In this document: piece after piece, positions 63,154 through 64,000 of the stretch
Position numbering within the stretch: the first letter of the stretch is position 1
Layout: every line of letters begins with the position of its first letter
Assembly (NCBI GenBank): GCA_963720645.1
Contig: CAVRFX010000021.1
Span: 221,313 to 285,312, forward strand
DNA from: an uncultured Actinomycetes bacterium
GTDB taxonomy: Bacteria > Actinomycetota > Actinomycetes > Streptosporangiales > Streptosporangiaceae
DNA: 64,000 nt
Direction: 5' to 3'
Translations under genes and position numbers: made by a program
Notes under the pieces: model-generated
Told to the model about the DNA's origin: nothing
Database searches by the model: none
What the model saw: only the letters and a program-made list of their open reading frames with translations

Positions 63154-63849
63154 GTGGATCCGTCGTTGGAACGGCGACGGGGCCGGGGGCGCAGGCGGTC
63201 AGACGTTGAGGAACCGCTGGCGGTACGGGGCCTGCTGCATGATCTTGGCCATCAGATGACCACGCTGTCATACCTGGTCGAGGCGGTGCGCGGGGATGTG
63301 GAACTGCCCGGGGACGCGGGCTCCCGGCTCGAGTTGCTGTCGCTGGAGATGTCCAGGCTGCTGGACATCATCGCCCAGCAGATCCCGGGCGGCGCCGGGG
63401 TGCCGGCCGTCGCCGAGGTCGGGCTGCGCTCACTGACCGGCCAGGTGACCCAGCTGGCCCGGATCGCGCACGAGACCTCGGTGGTCCTGGAGCCTGGGCC
63501 GGAGGTGATCGTCGAGGCCAGCCCGGCCCTGCTGTGGCGGGTGCTGACCAACGTGGTGGACAACGCGGCCCGGGCCGCCGGGCCGTACGGCCGGGTCGGG
63601 GTGACGGTCTCGGCCGCGGGTGACCGCGCGGCGGTGGACGTGATCGATGACGGCCCCGGGTTCGGCCACGGGCCGCCCGGGGCGGCCTCGCTGGGGCTCG
63701 GGGTGGTGACCACGCTGCTCGAGTCGTGCGGCGGCGAACTGGAGATCCGGGCGCCCAGCCCGGGCGGCGCGCATGTCCGGGTCGTGGTGCCGGTGCGGCC
63801 CGTTCCGGCCGTCCGGGCTCCCGGCGGGCACGGCCAGGTGATCCCGTGA
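63154..63849 (+). CDS. soluble minimal histidine kinase (DHp + HATPase_c only)
   Basis: H-box LLHDLGHQMTTL, N-box VLTNVVDNAARA, and DDGPGF...GLGLGVV. GTG 63154 follows GGGGGGA. Upstream of this, the track ORF runs through low-GC sequence. Confidence 0.75.
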   Translation: MDPSLERRRGRGRRRSDVEEPLAVRGLLHDLGHQMTTLSYLVEAVRGDVELPGDAGSRLELLSLEMSRLLDIIAQQIPGGAGVPAVAEVGLRSLTGQVTQLARIAHETSVVLEPGPEVIVEASPALLWRVLTNVVDNAARAAGPYGRVGVTVSAAGDRAAVDVIDDGPGFGHGPPGAASLGLGVVTTLLESCGGELEIRAPSPGGAHVRVVVPVRPVPAVRAPGGHGQVIP

Positions 63850-64000
63850 CCGGGCTCGTGATCGGGGACGACCACAGTGTCTTCCTGGATGCGATGTCCG
63901 CCGTCCTGCGCCAGCGCGGCTACCAGGTCACCGTGGCCCGCAGCGTCACGGACACCATCGAGACCGTGCGCCAGACCCAGCCCGACGTGTGCCTGATCGA
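63846..64000 (+). CDS. response regulator receiver domain (partial, runs off the window)
   Basis: My own translation is V-TGLVIGDDHSVFLDAMSAVLRQRGYQVTVARSVTDTIETVRQTQPDVCLI. Its GTG overlaps the kinase stop (GTGA). Confidence 0.7.
   Translation, partial: MTGLVIGDDHSVFLDAMSAVLRQRGYQVTVARSVTDTIETVRQTQPDVCLI

Overview
This is a 64 kb window of very high-GC (about 70%+) actinomycete chromosome, judged by gene content and WhiJ-type loci to be Streptosporangiales- or Streptomyces-like. I saw no rRNA, tRNA, CRISPR array, transposase or integrase.

Gene content, in order:
- (1) A WhiJ/AbaA-type paralog locus (XRE-DUF5753 regulators, DUF397, anti-sigma-like ATPase). A second XRE/DUF397 pair sits at 40.4-41.5 kb.
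- (2) An AsnB-like amidotransferase operon with a cytoplasmic LAS/M15-motif protein.
- (3) Two convergent F420/deazaflavin nitroreductase-family genes, an MFS sugar porter and a giant 5-oxoprolinase/hydantoinase ORF.
- (4) A DosR/DevR(OsdR)-type dormancy island at about 13.7-24.4 kb. It has five universal stress protein genes, an Acg-like nitroreductase, a Nudix protein, an HTH-PNPOx protein, a DHODH-like protein and a DosR-like regulator. DosR-box-like palindromes recur in its promoters.
- (5) Housekeeping genes lon and uvrA.
- (6) A catabolic block: a HAL-like ammonia-lyase, a CoxL/S/M-type molybdenum hydroxylase and a MetE-like methyltransferase.
- (7) An exported alpha/beta-hydrolase fused to an ABC ATPase, plus an ABC-2 permease.
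- (8) A 13 kb cell-surface polysaccharide cluster at 49.5-63 kb, with its own atypical LuxR regulator and a histidine kinase/response regulator pair.

The two most unusual things I can see directly:
- (a) Short tandem repeats are anchored on stop codons. Their unit lengths (16, 14 and 7 bp) are not multiples of 3, so successive copies place TGA in all three reading frames just after three different genes. There is also a structured 99-bp x4 MIRU-like intergenic array.
- (b) Single-base frameshifts or lost stops occur in at least five genes, always at G/C runs. Three more apparent gene fusions have junctions that contain an SD sequence plus an ATGA/TAATG/GTGnnTGA overlap motif in the wrong frame. 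This looks more like indel error in the assembly than biology and must be checked on reads.

I did not find a convincing novel defence or mobile system. All family calls are motif-level recognition from the translated ORFs without database searches, and start codons are best guesses from SD spacing.
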